This document shows, in pieces, positions 61,412-64,000 of a stretch of DNA of 64,000 nucleotides; position 1 is the stretch's first letter; every line of letters begins with the position of its first letter. This DNA comes from Kiritimatiellia bacterium (GTDB lineage: Bacteria; Verrucomicrobiota; Kiritimatiellia; RFP12; DVOR01): the NCBI GenBank assembly GCA_900771325.1, contig CAAGNN010000031.1, positions 4,326 through 68,325 of the forward strand, written 5' to 3'. The position numbers and the translations under genes were made by a program. The notes under the pieces were generated by a model. That model was not told the DNA's origin. It worked only from the letters and a program-made list of their open reading frames with translations, and did no database searches.

Positions 61412-63079
61412 ATGCACGCCGAAACGCGCACCCTTTGGCACCTCTGCGCCCTCCTCCGATTGCTCAAAGGCAAGTGGGTGATGGCAGCGTGCACCCTAGC
61501 CAGCGAGGGCGCGCGCCTGGCAATCCCGGTACTAACCTGCCTCTTGGTTGACCGCCTGGGGCGCGGCGAAGCCATCGGTTGGCTTCTCGCCGGTCTGATT
61601 GCGGCGGAAGGGGGTTCGCTCCTGGTCAGTTATTGCCGCTCCCAGCTGGAGACGCTTTACTTTACACGCTTCGATGCCGCCGTGGTCCTGGCCTATTGGC
61701 GGGACATCTGTAGCCTAGACCTCAACGACTTCTCCCGGCACTCGGTGGGAATGTGGCTGGGGAAGGTCTGTTGCGATGCCAAGTTGGTGACCACTGCGTT
61801 GCGGCAGGTCTTTGATGTGGCCCTGGGGTTCGCCCTCTTCTGCCTGGGCAGTTTAACCATCATCCTTTGGCGTGCGCCGCTGCTCGGTGTGCTCTTTCTC
61901 CTTGCGCTCGGCGGCGGGTGGTGCGTCTGCCACGCCTTTCGCCGCCACTTAAACCACGCCACCAAACAGATGCGGCGCGCCACCTATCGCTTCCAGCGTT
62001 TCCTTTATGGCATCATCCGAATGCACAGCCTCCTGAAGGTCTTCGGGGTGACGCCCCCTTACAACCTGCGTCTGCAAGCCATGTCCGCCTACTCCGTGGC
62101 GCGCGACACTCAGTTGGCCCTCCTGGAAGCGAACAACCGCCTCTGCCTCGAGCTCGCGCTTTGGCTGGCGCGGATGGGTGTCTTTGGCGGCTATGTCTAT
62201 TGCGTTGCCGCCGGGCGGTGCACCTTGGGCGAGATGATCGCCGCCACACTCCTCACAACCCAAATGCTCCAAGGCATCCAGAGCCTCATGTCCGCCTTTC
62301 CCTCCTTCACCAAAGGCCGTGAAGCATTGGCGGAAATCCGAACCACCCTCGCCCCCCAACCCACCCTCGCGCCCTTACCGCCAGCCGCGCCCCAGCCTTG
62401 TCCACGCGAAGCGCTTATCGACTGCTCGGCGCTCTCGTTCGCCTACACCCCCGGGCGCGATGTCATCTGCAACTTCTCGGCCTCCTTCAAGCGCGGAGAC
62501 TTCTGCGTCTTCCTTGGGCACAACGGCAGTGGCAAAAGCACCCTCGCCAAACTCCTGCTCCAACTTCTGCGCCCAACTGCCGGGACCATCGCCTACGCCC
62601 CGGCATTGCAAGTGGGTTGGATTCCACAGCAAGCCGATATTCAAGACGATTCCATCCTGGAGAATATCCGCCTCCGATCGCCCGCCATCTCCGAGGCCGA
62701 AGTGGCCAAGGCCGTCGACTTCTGCGGGCTTTCCCGATGGGTTGAGCAACTCCCCGGCGGTTTGCACGCGCGCCTGGCCGAAGGGAAACTCTCCGGCGGC
62801 CAACTCCAGCTCATCTCCATTGCCCGCGCACTGGTCCGCAAGCCCAACTGCCTCATCATCGATGAAGTCACCAACAACCTCGACATCGTGATGAAGCAAA
62901 CCATCTACCGCGTCCTACGCCACTGCGCCGCCAACCGCCTGGTCATCCTCATCTCCCACGACCTCGAGAGCATCCAGCTCGCCAACCGTCTCTTCCTCTT
63001 CGAACAAGCGCACATTCGCGAAATGCCCCCTGCCGCATTCACCCCCGAGCAACTCCTCAACGCCACCCTCGCTCGATAG
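61412..63079 (+). CDS. ABC exporter, fused permease-ATPase (555 aa), without an N-terminal peptidase domain
   Basis: TM region from residue ~20. GHNGSGKST Walker A, LSGGQLQLISIARAL signature, LIIDEVTNNLD Walker B. Confidence 0.85.
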   Translation: MHAETRTLWHLCALLRLLKGKWVMAACTLASEGARLAIPVLTCLLVDRLGRGEAIGWLLAGLIAAEGGSLLVSYCRSQLETLYFTRFDAAVVLAYWRDICSLDLNDFSRHSVGMWLGKVCCDAKLVTTALRQVFDVALGFALFCLGSLTIILWRAPLLGVLFLLALGGGWCVCHAFRRHLNHATKQMRRATYRFQRFLYGIIRMHSLLKVFGVTPPYNLRLQAMSAYSVARDTQLALLEANNRLCLELALWLARMGVFGGYVYCVAAGRCTLGEMIAATLLTTQMLQGIQSLMSAFPSFTKGREALAEIRTTLAPQPTLAPLPPAAPQPCPREALIDCSALSFAYTPGRDVICNFSASFKRGDFCVFLGHNGSGKSTLAKLLLQLLRPTAGTIAYAPALQVGWIPQQADIQDDSILENIRLRSPAISEAEVAKAVDFCGLSRWVEQLPGGLHARLAEGKLSGGQLQLISIARALVRKPNCLIIDEVTNNLDIVMKQTIYRVLRHCAANRLVILISHDLESIQLANRLFLFEQAHIREMPPAAFTPEQLLNATLAR

Positions 63080-63090
63080 TGCGCCCCCCG

Positions 63091-63292
63091 CAACCCGGGG
63101 CGGGTCGGAGGTCAACCCGGGGCGAGTCGGAGGTCAACCCGGGGCGGGTCGGGGGTCAACCCGGGGCGGACAAAAATGTAAAGCGCTCCGGGCCCAAAAT
63201 AAACCCGGGCCTACCTCGAGGCGAACCCGGGGCGGGTCGGGGGGCAACCCGGGGCGGGTCGGAGGTCAACCCGGGGCGGGTCGGAGGGGCGG
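63091..63292. repeat. Composite 22-bp CCCGGGG-core tandem array (right flank of the RiPP cluster)
   Basis: caacccggggcgggtcggaggt units, a central aaaaatgtaaagcgctccgggcccaaaataaacccggg, then gcgaacccggggcgggtcgggg units. Same orientation and architecture as 56594-56815. Confidence 0.9.
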
Positions 63293-63468
63293 GCCGGTGC
63301 ACAACGCTTACCGACCGTGGCCGCTGAGGGCGGCAACCGCCACGTCCCCCACCTCAGCCCGCCCGTCGCGGAACGCGCGCTAAGAGCTAACCGCTAACAG
63401 CCAACCGCTGCGAGCGAAACGAGCGAGTTCTGCACGCGTTTTTCGCCCGTGCACGCAGAGAAGGAATG

Positions 63469-63477
63469 TGGTAGACT
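63469..63477 (+). promoter_or_regulatory. Extended -10 (TGg-TAGACT) 8 nt before ATG 63486
   Basis: aaTGgTAGACTatgggcatATGgcg. Confidence 0.35.
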
Positions 63478-63485
63478 ATGGGCAT

Positions 63486-64000
63486 ATGGCGAGCTTTGGA
63501 TACCTTGCATTAAATCGGCAGAAAGGGAAGGTCTCGGGGACGATCGAGGCTGCGGACCGGCGTGGCGCGATGGCGGCGTTGGCGGCGCAGGGGTTGCAGG
63601 CGCTGTCGATTCGGGAAGTCGCAGGAGGGAAGGCGCCGGCAGCGAAGGCGAGCGTTGCACCCAAGGCGGTCAAGCCCGGGAAGGCTACGGCCAAGGCGCC
63701 CAAGCCGGCGAAGGCGGGGAGCGGGAGTTCCTTCTGGACGCTCTCGGCCGCTCCGGCGAAGCGGATGAAGCCGGCGGAGGTGTTGCTCTTTACCTCGGAG
63801 TTGGCAGACTTGATTGACGCGGGGATGACCTTGGGCGCGGCGCTGAACTCGCTGGCGAACCAAGGTGAGCCCACGAGCGGGATTTGCGCGGTCTCGGCCG
63901 ACTTGCGGGACCGGATTATGCGCGGCGAGGCCTTTTCGGACGCGGTGGACGCGCATCCGCGGACCTTCCCGGCGATCTATGGGAATATGGTGCGCGCGGG
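63486..64000 (+). CDS. Type II secretion / type IV pilus platform protein GspF/PilC family, N-terminal part (continues past window)
   Basis: Hand translation gives MASFGYLALNRQKGKVSGTIEAADRRGAMAALAAQGLQALSIREV...KPAEVLLFTSELADLIDAGMTLGAALNSLA...AFSDAVDAHPRTFPAIYGNMVRAG. This matches the typical GspF N-terminus and first GspF domain. It is not in the track because there is no stop in the window. Confidence 0.75.
   Translation, partial: MASFGYLALNRQKGKVSGTIEAADRRGAMAALAAQGLQALSIREVAGGKAPAAKASVAPKAVKPGKATAKAPKPAKAGSGSSFWTLSAAPAKRMKPAEVLLFTSELADLIDAGMTLGAALNSLANQGEPTSGICAVSADLRDRIMRGEAFSDAVDAHPRTFPAIYGNMVRA

Overview
High-GC bacterial chromosomal window (a sampled 60-nt line at 36001-36060 has 37 G+C; one island is visibly AT-richer). 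It probably comes from an anaerobic PVC-superphylum-like bacterium, but that is inference only. Left to right: (1) 1-18953(-) is a single giant secreted beta-helix/PATR-repeat surface protein gene of more than 6,317 codons whose 3' end lies outside the window. It is absent from the supplied ORF track because its frame has no stop in the window, and the long + strand ORFs there are antisense shadows. (2) 18976-23280(-) is a 1,434-aa secreted protein (transglutaminase-like core plus discoidin-like C-terminus) 22 nt upstream of the giant gene. (3) 24074-32227 is a housekeeping/stress block: reverse rubrerythrin plus a Fur/PerR-family regulator, a hypothetical gene, UDP-glucuronate decarboxylase, a UvrD-family helicase, FtsW/RodA, LolD and a LolC/E-type permease. 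(4) 32350-37070 holds a BspA-type LRR surface protein and nagA. (5) 37185-47240(+) is an accessory surface island: a consensus promoter and a ~250-nt structured leader RNA, an AT-rich P-loop gene, a second LRR protein, and a 1,927-aa scaffoldin-like protein (DxDxDG modules, FG-GAP-like region, FN3, about nine cohesin-like modules including near-identical 660-bp tandem units, dockerin-like C-terminus). The island ends with a cohesin-domain protein and an outer-membrane beta-barrel gene interrupted by an in-frame TAA. (6) 47373-56408 holds DUF362 plus polyferredoxin, an MBL hydrolase, adenine deaminase, an aminotransferase, rsmB and a GGGtGRT/NifU-like pair. (7) 56909-63079(+) is a second copy of the same promoter and structured leader driving a RiPP cluster: a 95-aa unknown, a 45-aa 5-Cys precursor, two RRE-fused radical SAM/SPASM maturases, an amidohydrolase and an ABC exporter. 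Direct copies of a 22-bp CCCGGGG-core tandem-repeat array bracket this cluster. (8) 63486 onward is the start of a GspF/PilC-like gene. The most noteworthy items are the two paralogous leader RNAs with compensatory base changes in three helices, the dual-maturase RiPP cluster, the cohesin/dockerin-like surface island, the family of composite intergenic repeats, an orphan promoter-terminator pair (candidate sRNA), and the split OMP gene.
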